This document shows, piece after piece, positions 12,430 to 25,687 of a stretch of 64,000 nucleotides of DNA. The notes beneath the pieces are model-generated. The model made no database searches. It saw only the letters and a list, made by a program, of their open reading frames with translations, and had not been told where the DNA came from. Origin of the DNA: Felis catus (Eukaryota). The translations under genes and the position numbers were made by a program. Each line of letters begins with the position of its first letter. Position 1 is the stretch's first letter. The DNA lies in the NCBI RefSeq assembly GCF_018350175.1, contig NC_058368.1:80478001-80542000 (forward strand), given 5' to 3'.

Positions 12430-14558
12430 CTATTAAACACCACACACGCCATTTCAATTCTATGATGCAGATAAGTGGCATTTGTTACCATTTTTTTTTT
12501 CTGTTTAAGGGAACACAAGTCGTTCCTTTGCAATACAAATTGTAAAAAAGCATTTAAAAGAGTTATTTTTCCTTGTCCTGGTAAAAAAAAGTTTGTACGC
12601 AGGAAGAAAAGTAAAAACTATTGATGTCACACAAACTTAAATAAAGACCTCTCTGCAGTCTGCACATGTCCATACGATGCAGCTTCGGGGACTCGGGTGA
12701 GAGGCCCATCCTCCAGACAAGTCAGGAACAAGATGTGCAGAGTGAGAGGTGGCACTGAGTCCCCCACCCCCGCCTGGGGGAGAAAAGGGCCTCATGAGTG
12801 ACTAGGAGACCACACTCCACAGCCAGGCGCCCATATCATCCTAGCTCATCACACTCAACAGATGTGCAACACACGCCTACCGCGAGCCAGGCCTGCGGTC
12901 CCAGATGGCCTGCGGTCCGCAGACTCACACTGACACCCCCCCCCCCCCCCCCGCCGTGTGTCCTCAGACCGGCGGCCCGGCCCCCTTTACCCTCTTGAGG
13001 CACAGGGCAGAGCTCACAAAAGAGCTCTCCCTGACAATGGCTGTATTCCGGGAGACAGCCCTCAGAGAAGGACAAACGGCCACACCCCAACCTCACCCCA
13101 CAGCTCTTATCGTTTTTCTGCGACTTAAGGTCAGGTCACCGTGATCACCCTGTGCAGGAGATGAGCCCTCATACTTTGGAGCACCCAGATTTAAAACACG
13201 CTCTCTCGGTCTTCTAGGAACTGGAAATCTGGGAGTGACGGCTCATAAAGAGACACACCGTTGGTATACTTTCACACACCGGCTTTATTGATGGACCCAG
13301 TGAAAAGTGACAGTGCCAACAGAGACAAACAGGTGTCAAACCCCAAAAACGGCAGAAACAAGGATGAAAATCAGCTGGTGTGCCAAAACCGGTTAATCTC
13401 ATAACATCAAGAGCTCCTTAGACTTAACTCTGTCACCTATGCGTTCACTTTGGCAAACTGGGTTTGGAATGCTGGAAAGATACTGTTCCATGCGACAACT
13501 TATAAAAGCAAAGTGTAATTAGGGATTTTAAATAATGCCTAGTTCTCGAGGAAAAAATAAGCCTCACAAAAGGTCAGGCAGCGTGCATACTTGGCACATT
13601 GATAGGAACACCAGCTTGAAAGTTGGGAATAGTTCATAACGTGCAGGCCTGAGGACAGCAGAGGCTGAAATGTACAAAAAGCAGGGAAGCTGCAGGCGAT
13701 GGGGCAGGAGGGACTGGACTGAGAACCCGGAGCCCTGACTCCTGGCCTTATTTCTGCCCCAACAGCTTTCTCACACTGAAGTAACTAACTGCCTCCAGCT
13801 ATATTTGGTATCCAAGGTTAACCGACAGGAGGTGGAGACTTTCAAAAAGTGAATTCAGTGGGTTTTACTTCTTACTGCTCATAAAATATACATAACACGC
13901 AACTTACGATTTTTAAAGCATGTTCAAGCCCTTATAGCTACTTGTATTCCCTAGAGATACCTAGGGGCACCCGTGGGTTGGTAAATAAATACTCTGAATG
14001 AATGTCTGTAAGGCTGTTTTAAACACTGTCCGGAATGTACCAGATTGTCATGCAATACTGTGTCACTCTCAACTGGAGAATAAATCAACAGGGGAGCCTT
14101 TTCGAAAAACGCTGTCCTTGCCTGTTACGGGGTAGTCTTCCCCCAAAACACTGAGGGACAAAAGACGTGGAGAACCAACGCTCCGAGTTACCCACCATGT
14201 AAACATAAAGCAGAGCAAGACGCACTGGACAGGGGACAGAGCCTCAGATGGGGACACACAGGGCTGGGGGGGTTGGGGGAGAAGGACCAGAGGGGCTCCT
14301 GTACTCGCGCCTGCTAGCAGGTACAGACGGGGCGCTGGCGCGGGGACCCCCAGCGGGCACGCCCTTCCAGACCCGGGCTGGGGTCCTAACCGCTATCCTA
14401 ACCCCCTCTCGTTTCCTCCACCAAAACCACTCTGACTCTCCCATTTCGTGAATCACAAGCGCTGTCCCAGGAGATACACCTGTACTGTGAATGTAGCCGC
14501 AAGGAAAGCAGCCGCACCGACTAGTGACAAAAACACGTCCCTGAAAGGAAATAACTCA

Positions 14559-15461
<903 letters not shown>

Positions 15462-15599
15462 TCACCGGAGAGCGCGGGCTAGCTGGCCGAGAGGACGCGC
15501 GGGTGAGGACCCGAGAGGCCGTCGCCTGAGCACAAAGGAGCGAGAGTGCCGCCGCCGCCGCGTCCCGCCGGCTGCCGAGCCGAGCCCCGCCGAGCGCGT

Positions 15600-16022
15600 A
15601 CAGGGGGCGGGGCGGGGGCGGGGCCTACCGCGGGCAGGTCTGAGGCCCGTGCCCGCGGACGCCGGGTCTGAAGGTGGGGCCTGCAGTGCCAGGGGGCGGG
15701 GCCTGGTGAGGCCGGGGCTGACTCGTGGAGCAAGAGCGGGCCAGGGGGCACGGGGCGTGGCCTAAGCGGAGGCGGAGCCTGGAGAGCAGGCGAAGTGGCC
15801 TGGAGCAGGGGGCGGTGCCCAGCTGGTCCTGGGTAGCGGGCCTAGACCAGGAGGCCGGCCGGGAGTGGGGCGGAGCCTGGGGAGTCCGTGATGAGGCCGG
15901 GGGCAGGGGGCGGGGCCTAGTGGGGTCCCGGATGCGGCAGACGCCTGGAGCGGGAGGTAGGTCGGGAGAGGGCGGGGCCTGGGAGCGGGCGACGAGCCCG
16001 GGGGCAGGGGGCGGGGCCTAGC
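15600..16022 (-). promoter_or_regulatory. TATA-less ANKRD10 promoter with about 10 GC boxes (Sp/KLF), G-quadruplex-prone
   Basis: Repeated GGGGCGG(G/A)GCCT motifs at about 15615, 15693, 15771, 15867, 15907, 15970 and 16008, directly upstream of the 5'UTR. Confidence 0.8.
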
Positions 16023-16575
16023 GCGGTCGGAATGGGGCTGATGCTCCGAGCCCGAGGCTGGCAGGAACCTGGAGCAGGGGGCTGGGAATGGGGAACCTGG
16101 AGCCGGGAACGGAGGGAGGGGACTCGGGAACCCGGAACGGGGACTTGGGATCCGGGAACGGGGAGTGCGGGGGCGGAGAGCCCGGGGGCCCGGACTGGGA
16201 GGCGGGGAGCGGGGAGCTGCGCCGAGGCGGATCCCCGGCCGCGCGGGTGGGGTCGGCTCTCAACCGCGTGCCCCACCCAGACCCCAGGCCCCGCAGTCCA
16301 GACCAGCCTCCGCCCGGCTCGGTCCTCTCCAGGCGCCTGCCTGTCGGGCGAGCTTCGAGAGCAGCCAGCAAAACCCTGGAAAATCCTGTCAGTGACAATC
16401 ACAATGAGAATCACAGTTTTCTTAACAGGTTTTTTCCTCTGATTATGAGTAATACGTGAATATCAATAATTTCACTATCGAGGAATAACTACTATCAACG
16501 TTTATGGGTAGTTCCTTACAGTACCTTTACCACATAGTTTCGTTATATATATTATTTTTCCTTGTATATATTGCC

Positions 16576-16581
16576 TTTTTT

Positions 16582-16628
<47 letters not shown>
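16576..16628. repeat. Poly(T) tract of about 50 nt
   Basis: Direct observation. Confidence 0.95.
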
Positions 16629-16631
<3 letters not shown>

Positions 16632-17811
16632 GAATTCTGAATCACAGTAATTCAACTTTAAGTAGGTAACCAGATGTCTGGGAAAATAATAGTGCATGAG
16701 ATAGCACCTGGCAGCATTAGTTAATAAGAAATTAGGCACCTCGTGCCTAACAAAGGAAATTGTTAATTTATGGTATAAACGTACAACACATTCCTCTATT
16801 CGTTAAACAAACATGTTGATTACAATGCCAATGGAGCACTTTGGGAGGTGCCCCAGATGCAGTGAGGGAAAGCAGCAGTATATCAATTCAGGGGGTGATT
16901 AGTAATGCATGGGAAATATGAATGAGGCAGGTTCTGTTTCCTTTCCAGGAATTTATAATCTAGTAGATGAGGCAGGGAAGAATATTTCAGTAGGCGAAAC
17001 AGTACCTTTTTTGTTTGGACCAGAAAGGTAGAACTATGCTGTAAACTCATTGCAAGCTTGAATTCTGGAGCAGACAGAATTCAACCATTTTTCTTTTCAT
17101 ACACCAGGCTGATTTTAATCTCATTATGTCTGTAAGATGTGCACCATAATGACTTCCATCCTTCCTGGGAAAGCAGCACCCCATTTTGTAAGATGCCTTG
17201 TCATCTGTAATAACTAGAGGGAGGGATTACTTATGCCTCTTTATAGTGCCTGCTGCAGTGGACAGAACTGAGACACAGATAAGCTGAGAACTTGCACAAG
17301 GACAAACGGTGTGCCTGGGGCAGAGCTGAGAATAATTGCCAGACCTAGTTTCCAATCCAGTTAGATTTTTTTAACTTTGGAATATATTTTGCATAAAGAG
17401 CCTTAAGGCCTAGGAAAATAAAGTAGGTTATAGTGGCACCATACTTAGAATGCCGTCTTTCCTCAATTAAGGTTACTTTCTGGTTTTCAGAGTTGCTAGG
17501 AGTATGTAGATATTTATTTATTTTTATGTACATATTTAAGTAGCTGAAATAGATCGTCAACCTAGATATGATGATGGGTCCCTAAGATAGCCTGTATGAT
17601 AATTGTGGATGGAACAGTTATAAAGGGTGTCCAATGAGTACTCCAAATTCCAGTGTTCTGGTTGGTTGATCCCAAGTTTTGCCCAACTCATTATTACCAA
17701 TTATGGATTTTCTTTGGGATTCTTGTTTTTACAAAGCTCTGGGGAAAAGGGAGGAAACCAGATTCATCACTCATGTGCTTTGATTTATTTGACAAAGCAA
17801 CCATAAATAAG

Positions 17812-18337
17812 TGACAGAACATTCTCTTCTTGACCAAACTACTCTGTCTCCCCCCAAATTTTGACTAGGCTTAAATGTTTGGATTTGTGTATTTGTCTCT
17901 GCATTGTCCAGTTTTAGCAAGACTCCTGCTAAGTTGGTTGAACTAGAATTCCCATCCCCCATATCAGATCGTCTTTGATATCTAATCAGTTTCTTCACCC
18001 TCCAGCCATCCCCAAGTGGTGTTGGCTCAACCCAGCCTGCCTTCAGCAAGAATCCTGCTGGGTCAGTTTAGGAGAACCTGACGGTTAGCTGGCCCTGCTG
18101 TTTTGTCGTAGTAATTTTCCACCCTCCATCGCCCACCCAGGGTAAAGAAGTTGCCCATGCTGTTCTCAGAGCCGAGTCCGATCTCTCTCCCCAGAGTCTG
18201 ATCTCTCTCCCCACTGCAAGCAAAAGTGGGGTCCTGGTTCCCACTTGCCATAGCCTCCTCTGAGTACAGTCCACCTTACTATGCTTTAACACGTCTCACT
18301 AATCGATGTTTTTGACTAATAGTCTTTTTCTTTAACA
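17812..18337 (+). mobile_element. MER31-like ERV1 solo LTR
   Basis: TGACA...TTTAACA ends; diagnostic ttgaccaaact, tccagttttagcaaga, gccttcagcaagaatcctg, agtaattttcca motifs. Confidence 0.8.
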
Positions 18338-18966
18338 TAAGCAAACTTGTGTATTTGAAGAGGTGATTCGGAAACATGAAAGAAAAGAAGAAGACCCCAA
18401 ATCCCAAAGTATCAAAATAAGATAACACAACCCCCATGCCCTCCCCCCCCACCCCACCCCCCACCGCCCCGCACTTAGGATTGCATTGTGTGAGAATTGC
18501 TTAAATGGGCTCAGGTGAAGGCTCGACCCCTCAGGTGAAGGGCTCGGGTGAAGGCACGTCCCAGTCAGAGGTGCGCAGAACTGCCCACACGCTGTGGAGA
18601 CATCAGTGGGGCTGTTTTCACACTTGGAACAGGACACGGTCAACGCCGTGTCATGGGAGGGGAGACTGCAGAAGAAAGCAGGACCCAGGCCATGCACCAC
18701 GCTAAGACACTGTCCTTCATTACTGCAAGTGAGAGGCTTTGCTGTGATGCCAGGTGATGGGTGAGGGCTCAGAGGAAGACCCACATCCGATTTGCAGCTG
18801 GCTGTGTGTGGGTAGCCCACTGGGACGGTGCCCTCAGCCTGGGCTGCAAAGTGGGAGCACAGCCTTACTGTTCTCTCTCATCCATGACCCCCCCATCTAC
18901 CTCCCTCCATGGGGCTAGATCCATCTTTTAAGAAGGCAAATACACTTAAAATTGGACACCGAGCAG

Positions 18967-19270
18967 TGTCTCGGTCTGTTCCAGCCTGCAAAACAAAGTA
19001 CCACAGACTGGGGGGTTTAAACAACAAACTGGAAGACTGCGAGTCTGAGATCAGGATGCTAGCAGGGACCCTCTTCCTGGATCACAGATGACATCTTCTT
19101 TCTGTGAACCCACTCAGTGCAGAGGGAACCACCTCTCTGGTGTCTCTTCTCTGCGGGGCACTGACCCCATCATAGACGTTATCCCACCCTAACCACCTCC
19201 CAAAGGCCCCACCTCCAGATAGCATCACGTTGGCGTGAATTTCGGGGACACAGGCATTCAGTCCGTAGCA
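18967..19270 (-). mobile_element. MLT1A-like MaLR LTR
   Basis: aacaaagtaccacagactggggggtttaaacaac...acctcccaaaggccccacctcc...cattcagtccgtagca. Confidence 0.8.
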
Positions 19271-19737
19271 AACGACTTCCCAGACTCCTGTCATTCAGAT
19301 ACCACTCCCACGTGGATTTTTACCACTTCTGCGTGGACTTTTGTATCCACAGAGGATCTGTGCTATTAATAATTTTCTTAAAATAACTTAATTTTTTGGA
19401 ATTACTGACTTTACGTTCTCTTTATTAAGAAAACACCAATGAGTTTATGGTGCCAACTACATTTTCCTCATTTAAGCAAATCCACAATAAAATAACACGT
19501 GTTCACGTGCTTCCCAAATCAGTTCCCATGGTTGGTGGTGCTACACCACACTTTGGAAATTGCTCCTTGGGAGCAAAATCCCAGATCTGTTCCTTGGCCT
19601 GTTGACATGCCTACAGCCAGGGCCTGCCTGCCTCTCTGGACTTGTCTGTCCTCCTCACACGCTGTCCAGGGAGCCCTTGAAACCAAGGGTGCTTCTGCTG
19701 AAGGCTCCCACCCCACCCCCAGCGCTTCTTTCCCCTG

Positions 19738-20130
19738 TTGTGACCAAATCATGCCTCCCTGAGTGCTTTAGAATGTGACCTGATTTGGAAATGGAATCAT
19801 TGTAGATGTAACTAGTTAAGATGAAGTCACAGTGGGGCAGGCCAGCCCCAAACCCAGTGTGACTGGTGTCCTTATAAAAAGGGGCATCTGGACACAGATG
19901 CACACATGGGGAGAATACCATGAGGCAGAGATGGAGGGGTGCAGAAGTCAAAGAACCCCAAGGATGGCCAGCAACACCAGAGGCAGGGGGACACCTGGGG
20001 CAGGTCCCCTGTCACGACCTCCTTGGGAGGTCCAGCCCTGCCCACACCTGGCCTCCAGAGCGAGAGGGCTTAGATTCAGGTTGCCCAAGCCCGGTTTGCT
20101 GGGCTTGATTGTGGCAGCCTCAGGACACTT
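19738..20130 (+). mobile_element. MLT1B/C-like MaLR LTR
   Basis: aatgtgacctgatttggaaat...gttaagatgaagtca...gactggtgtccttataaaaaggg. Confidence 0.8.
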
Positions 20131-20905
20131 GCCCAGGACACAGACTTTGCTGGGGAGGCTCCCCTACTGCCCACTGCCCCCTGCCCCCTGCCCACAATCC
20201 AATCCAAGTGCCTCTCCTTCCAGAAGCCTCCACCAGGCAACAGCTGGAGCCTCCTTCCCCTCTACTCCAGGGTTCCCAGGTGTCTGGCATTTTAGTTTCC
20301 TCCCACCCTTGGATGAAAACATTCAAAAACCCAGCAAGTAAATGTTACTCATTTTTAGTCATAAAAACTTGATTGTTAACAGGCCTTTTCTGAGATGGCC
20401 TCTCCACTTCCAACAGGCCTCTTGACGAGTAGAAACATGCTCCAAGCTTGCTTCTGGTGGCTCCAGGTGGGAAGGCAGAGAGAGGTGGCCTCTCTCTGCT
20501 CTGAAAGGGAGCCCCCAGGCAGGGCCCAGAGCTTGCTCTGCAAACCAGTGTCCTGTTGAATAAAGTACTGGACGGATGCCTTTCTCTCTCGCTCCCTCCA
20601 CCTCTGTCTCTATGTCTGTCTGTCTCTCCATATTTCAATCATTGTCTCTCTGTCTCTGTCTCTTACTCTCCATCATCACTGTATCTTTCCTGTGAGGACA
20701 GAGCCCCACCCATGCTGAGCCTACAATACAAATTTGTTGAGTGACAGGAGGCTAAAGGCTGAAACTCAGATCAGTTGGCATCTCCTTGTCAGGAAGGGGA
20801 GACCTGCTGTGGACCAAGGATGTCAGTTATTGAGCATCAAGATTCTGGAATCTTACTGATTGTCCTGCATCTTACTCCTGTCTTGTGAAAAAAGTGATTA
20901 GTGCT

Positions 20906-21360
20906 GTAATGGGAAAAATTCAATTTTTTTTCCTTCTGATGTAGAAAAAAACCCAGTTCTTCCTCACTGTGTTTCTTCCCCATGTGTCTCCTTTGCCTTC
21001 ACAGAGAACACTTCGTTTCTGATGCTTGTGGTCACCAAATGCGTGGAGGTTTTTTCCCCCACACAATTCTCTCTAACACCAGCTCAAGTCTGACACCATC
21101 AACCCGGAGATGGGACCAGACCCCACAGGTTAAGGGCTCAGCCCCACAGGACTGCCCCGACCTCCACTTCAGCTGCCACTGTCCCCTGTGCTTCTGACTG
21201 ACTCACTACAGATGGGAGGCTCCCACAAGCCCCTCCTAAGGTTAGTTTGCTAAAGCAGCTCACATAATTCAAGGGAACACTTAGAAGTTTATTAAAGGAC
21301 ATGAAAAAAAACCCCACAAATCAACATCCAGGTGAAGCGATGACAGGAAAAGGTCAGGAA
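20906..21360 (-). mobile_element. MER21-like LTR fragment
   Basis: ccccacaggttaagggctcagccccacaggactgcccc and gcagctcacataattcaagggaacact, typical of MER21-group LTRs. Confidence 0.65.
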
Positions 21361-21447
21361 GGGGCTCAAATCCACAAACCGTGAGATCATGACCTGAGCC
21401 AAAACCAAGAGTCGGATGCTTAACCAACTGAGCCACCCAGGTGCCCC
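21361..21447 (-). mobile_element. Can-SINE 5' fragment
   Basis: gagatcatgacctgagcc...ttaaccaactgagccacccaggtgcccc; CT tract and tail absent. Confidence 0.85.
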
Positions 21448-21499
21448 AATGACTTCAACCGAACAAAAAGGACCAGAAATGAAGTAAAAGATAAGCTAT

Positions 21500-21700
21500 A
21501 GTTCCACGGAAATAGACTGCAAGTCATTTAACAAAGGACTTATATTCAGCATATACAAAGAACTTCTACAAATCAAGAAGAAAGACATGAACAACAAAAA
21601 TGGGCAAAGATATGAATAGGCAATTCACTGGAAGGAAACACGAATATCCAATAACCAAGACATTCAGTAACCAGTGATTTCTCCTGTCCTACTGAATGGA
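21500..21700 (+). mobile_element. Old L1 fragment (ORF2 3' region)
   Basis: atatacaaagaacttctacaaatcaa...aaaatgggcaaagatatgaataggcaattcac. Confidence 0.7.
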
Positions 21701-21834
21701 TTAATCCTGTCCACCGGCAAAAATTTGCATGGATGCTCTACCTTAGGACAACAGCTCTCTTTCCCATATGTATCTTTCCAGCGACTGTGCATATTTCTAT
21801 TTCCCTTCTTCCCTAATGTCAAAGAATTTATATA

Positions 21835-22158
21835 TAGTTGACACTTGAGCAATGGATCTTGGGCACTGACCACCACCACACAGCTGAAAATCCACATATG
21901 ACATTGACTGCCCCCCTCTGCAACTTTACTACTAATAGCCTACTGCTGATCAGAAGCTTAACCAGTAACATAAACAACACAGATTTTGTGTCCTATGTAC
22001 TATATACTTTATTCTTATGATAAAGTAAGCCAGAGAAAAGAAAACCTTCTTAAGAAAATCACAAGGAGGAGGAAATACATTTACAGTGCTGTGCTGCAAA
22101 AGACCTGTATGTAAGTGCACCAGTGCAGTTCAAGCCTGTGGTGTTCAAGGGTCAGCTG
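21835..22158 (+). mobile_element. Tigger2a-like (TcMar-Tigger) non-autonomous DNA transposon
   Basis: Terminal inverted repeats tagttgacacttgagc / gttcaagggtcagctg flanked by TA; internal actaatagcctactg motif. Confidence 0.8.
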
Positions 22159-22359
22159 TAGTTTTTGCCTTGCACTCCAGCAGGGCATCAGTCCCCAGCA
22201 GTCCTGTGGAATAGCTCCTGGCAAACTCATCACAGCCTTTGGGTTTGCCAACCCACAGTCTCTGCTAATCTTGTGTTTCAGGGTGTGGAGTGGCTGGGCA
22301 GCTGGCTCCTCTTGGGAACATGATGTCCTGGCTTCTGTGACTCTGCAGCTTTCCTGTGC

Positions 22360-22850
22360 AACCTCCAAATGCTCAAGGGCCCCAGGCCTCAGTCCTAGGC
22401 CCTTTACTCTCTTTACTTTCTTCCTGGGCAATCACATCAAATCCCATACCTTCAAGTACTGTTTACATACTGATGATTCCTAAATTCATGTCTCCGGCCT
22501 GGACCTTTCCTGCAGCCCAAACTCATAAACCCAGCAGCTTAGTCCTTATCTCCATTAGGATCTCTCCTAGACAACTCCACTGATGCCCCAAATGGAATTC
22601 CTGAGTCACCCCTACACCTGTTACTCCCACTCACCACCCCACCCCCACTCTCTATCTCTGTGAAAGACCCAGACATGTCTACCCAGGGGCTCAAGTCCAG
22701 CACCCAGGGGCCAACGCTATGCTCACTGTAGATCTCGGTGGCTCTACCTCAAATATGTCTTCAGTGCACACGCTTCTTTCCATCCCTACCACCCCAAGCC
22801 ATGCTTTCCTGCTTAAACCAGTGTGACTGCCTCTTGGCTTTTCTTGTTCA
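22360..22850 (+). mobile_element. L2 LINE fragment (reverse transcriptase region)
   Basis: Degenerate RT motifs PQASVLGPLL (PQGSVLGPLLF) and LHTDDS (YADD) in shifted frames. Confidence 0.75.
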
Positions 22851-22984
22851 GGATATAAATCCAACAATGGCTCCGGCTTAAAACCTGCCAATATCTTTCC
22901 ACCAACAGTAAAAGAATATCCACGTGGCACAGACTTGAATGTGGTTAGTAAGATTTTGGAAGTGAATTTAACACTTTATTTATA

Positions 22985-23206
22985 TTTTAAAAATGTTTTA
23001 ATGTTTATTTATTTTGAGAGAGAGAGAGAGAGTGGGTGCTTGCGCAAGTGGGGGAGGGGCAGAGAGAGAGGGAGAGAGAATCCCAAGCAGACTCCATGCC
23101 GTCAGTGCACAGCCCAACGTGGGGCTCAATCTCATGAACCATGAAATGATAACCTGAGCTGAAATCAAGAGTCAGACACTTAACCAACTGAGCCACCCAA
23201 TCCCCT
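22985..23206 (-). mobile_element. Can-SINE
   Basis: T-rich tail, (GA)n, body ending ttaaccaactgagccaccc. Confidence 0.9.
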
Positions 23207-23464
23207 CAATTTGACACTTTATTTAATTTTAACTTATTTAGATTTGGATTTAAAAGCAATTATTGGCAAAAATTTAAGAGTCTAAACAACTTAAAATCAA
23301 CTTGGATATGAGTACCTGCTCTTTCCACTGTAACCATTGTGAAATGTAAACGCAGATCAAATATTCCCAGGGGAAGTGTAGCACTCCCATTGAGACATGC
23401 CATACCTGTAAAATGGACCCCGGATTGGTAAGAGTAAAAGAATACAAAATTCTTCATGAATGAT

Positions 23465-23640
23465 TTTTAATATGGAGTGCATATTCAATTTGTAACATTT
23501 TGGATACGTTGGGTTAAATAAATTATATCGGTCAAATGATTTTCACCTGTTTATTTTTACTTTTTTTTTTTAGCGTGGCTCATGGAAAAATCTTCCTTAT
23601 ATACGTAATTCTCACATTTTGTTTCTATTGGTCAGCTTGG
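23465..23640. mobile_element. MER33/MER3-like hAT-Charlie remnant
   Basis: ttttggatacgttgggttaaataaat...ttttcacctgtttatttttacttttt...tttctattgg. Confidence 0.65.
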
Positions 23641-24228
23641 CGTGTATTATCTATCCATAAATCAATGTAAGTAGTTAGGGTTTTTTTTGTTTGTTTTTTT
23701 CTCTTCTGGGGGAATACCAGCAGTTTCTTTGTCTGAGTGCTGGGCTTGACCTAAGGCCTATTTTGAAGAAAGGAATGAGTATCTTTGAAGAGTAGGATCA
23801 CCGGCAGATGGTAAATGCTCCTGAGGACTCGGGAGGAATGAGAGCCCGAGCCCAGGCCAACCAACTGCTCTGCCCCACGGTGGGCACCTTCTCCCCTCCC
23901 GCAGGCGGCACGGGCAGCATCCTGGACTGTTCACACGGTGTTTCTCTTTCTCTTCCTCCCTCTCTTTTTGCTAAGTATGTGTGGTTGAAATTATATAAGC
24001 TAAATGCAAGTAAGTTAAATATGCATGGGATATGAGGCAACTTTCAGTTTAAAATAACTATAATGTAATCTTGCAACTGTTTATACTTCTAAACAGAAGT
24101 ATAAATAGACATACCTATTTTCACCCTATAAATCGATGTGAGAAATGGTTTTTCACCTGTGAGTTTCTGGGGGGTGAGATGTTAGGGACATATATATTTT
24201 TTAATATGTCTATAGTACTTGACTTTTT

Positions 24229-24427
24229 AATGTTTATTTTTGAGAGCGAGAGAGACAGAGCACGAGTCGGAGAGGGGCAGAGAGAGGGGGAGACACAGAA
24301 TCCAAAGCAGGCTCCAGGCTCTGAGCTGTCGGTACAGAGCCTAACGTGGGGCTCAAACTCACAAGCCGTGAGATCATGACCTGAGCCGAAATCGGATGCT
24401 CAACTGACTGAGCCACCCAGGCTCCCC
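24229..24427 (-). mobile_element. Can-SINE (first of tandem pair)
   Basis: Full SINE body; flanked by agtac(t/c)tgacttttt. Confidence 0.93.
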
Positions 24428-24446
24428 AAGTACCTGACTTTTTAAA

Positions 24447-24664
24447 AAAAATTTTTTTTTTCAACATTTATTTATTTTTGGGACAGAGAGAGACAGAGCA
24501 TGAACGGGGGAGGGGCAGAGACAGAGGGAGACACAGAATCGGAAACAGGCTCCAGGCTCTGAGCCATCAGCCCAGAGCCTGACGCGGGGCTCGAACTCAC
24601 GGACCACGAGATCGTGACCTGGCTGAAGTCGGACGCTTAACCGACTGCGCCACCCAGGCGCCCC
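24447..24664 (-). mobile_element. Can-SINE, young subfamily (second of tandem pair)
   Basis: Intact CpGs; gtgacctggctgaagtcggacgcttaaccgactgcgccacccaggcgcccc; TSD tacctgactttttaaa. Confidence 0.95.
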
Positions 24665-24869
24665 ATTACCTGACTTTTTAAATGAGCATTTTCCGGTGGG
24701 GTGATTAATGGTTCTTATAACAAAGTCTAGACATTACAGAAATACATAGATAGTGAGATGAAGGTCCCTCATAATTCCACCCCAGTGATGGTCACACGTG
24801 TTGTATATGTTTACACACACACACAAATATAAGTATTGTTACACATTAATCTACCCATGGTGTTTCCGG

Positions 24870-25470
24870 TAAAATAGACTCCTCTTACCCACAGTGTCTG
24901 CACCTAAAATTGGTAAATTTTAGGCAGCTTTCCATGCTGGCGGTAGGCATCCCTGCCGCCCTTTCTAAAAGCCACGTGGTTTGCCCGTGTGTGTCTGAGC
25001 ATGATTTATCTTCCTATCCTTTATAGATGAATGCATCTTTTTTTTTCTTTTTTCCAATTATGAGAGATGTTGCAGTGAATACATTTATATACAGTTCTTG
25101 GCATACTTGCCCAGTTTTCTGAGATGGAATCCTGGTTGATTTTCTGCACAGTTTAATGGCTTTACATACACTTCCAAGTTACCATTCAGAAAATGTGGGC
25201 AAATTTACACTCCCACCAACGATGTTTGAGCCTGCCTGTTTCCTCACACCTTAGCCAATACTAGGTATTAATCGTATTTTTAACTTTAGGAAATCTGATA
25301 TGCAGAAGCGATTCATCCAGCAAGTATGTACGTCATTAACTTACAATTCTAAAAATATGAATGAGACTGCTACGGAGGGTCTATGTGTTTTAGGTTCCTG
25401 TGTGTTACGTATTCCTGCTGAGTTGCCAATTGGTTCGCTTGGGTTATTTGTGAATGTTCTGTTAATTTAT
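24870..25470 (-). mobile_element. Old L1 (L1ME-like) 3' fragment
   Basis: aatttacactcccaccaacgatgtttgag...cctgtttcctcacaccttagccaatactaggtatt. Confidence 0.6.
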
Positions 25471-25687
25471 TATTTAAAAAAAATTTTTAACATTTATTTA
25501 TTTTTGAGAGAGGGAGGGGGAGAGAGAGAGAGAGCGCGCTAAGAAGGGGAAGAGAGAGAGGGAGACACAGAACCTGAAGCAGGTTCCAGGCACCAAGATG
25601 TCAGCACAGAGCCCGATGTGGGGCTTGAACCTACAAACCGTGAGATTATGACCTGAGCGCTCAACGAACACAGCCACCCAGGCACCT
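25471..25687 (-). mobile_element. Can-SINE
   Basis: SINE body; TSD ttctgttaatttat / ttctgctaatttat. Confidence 0.9.
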
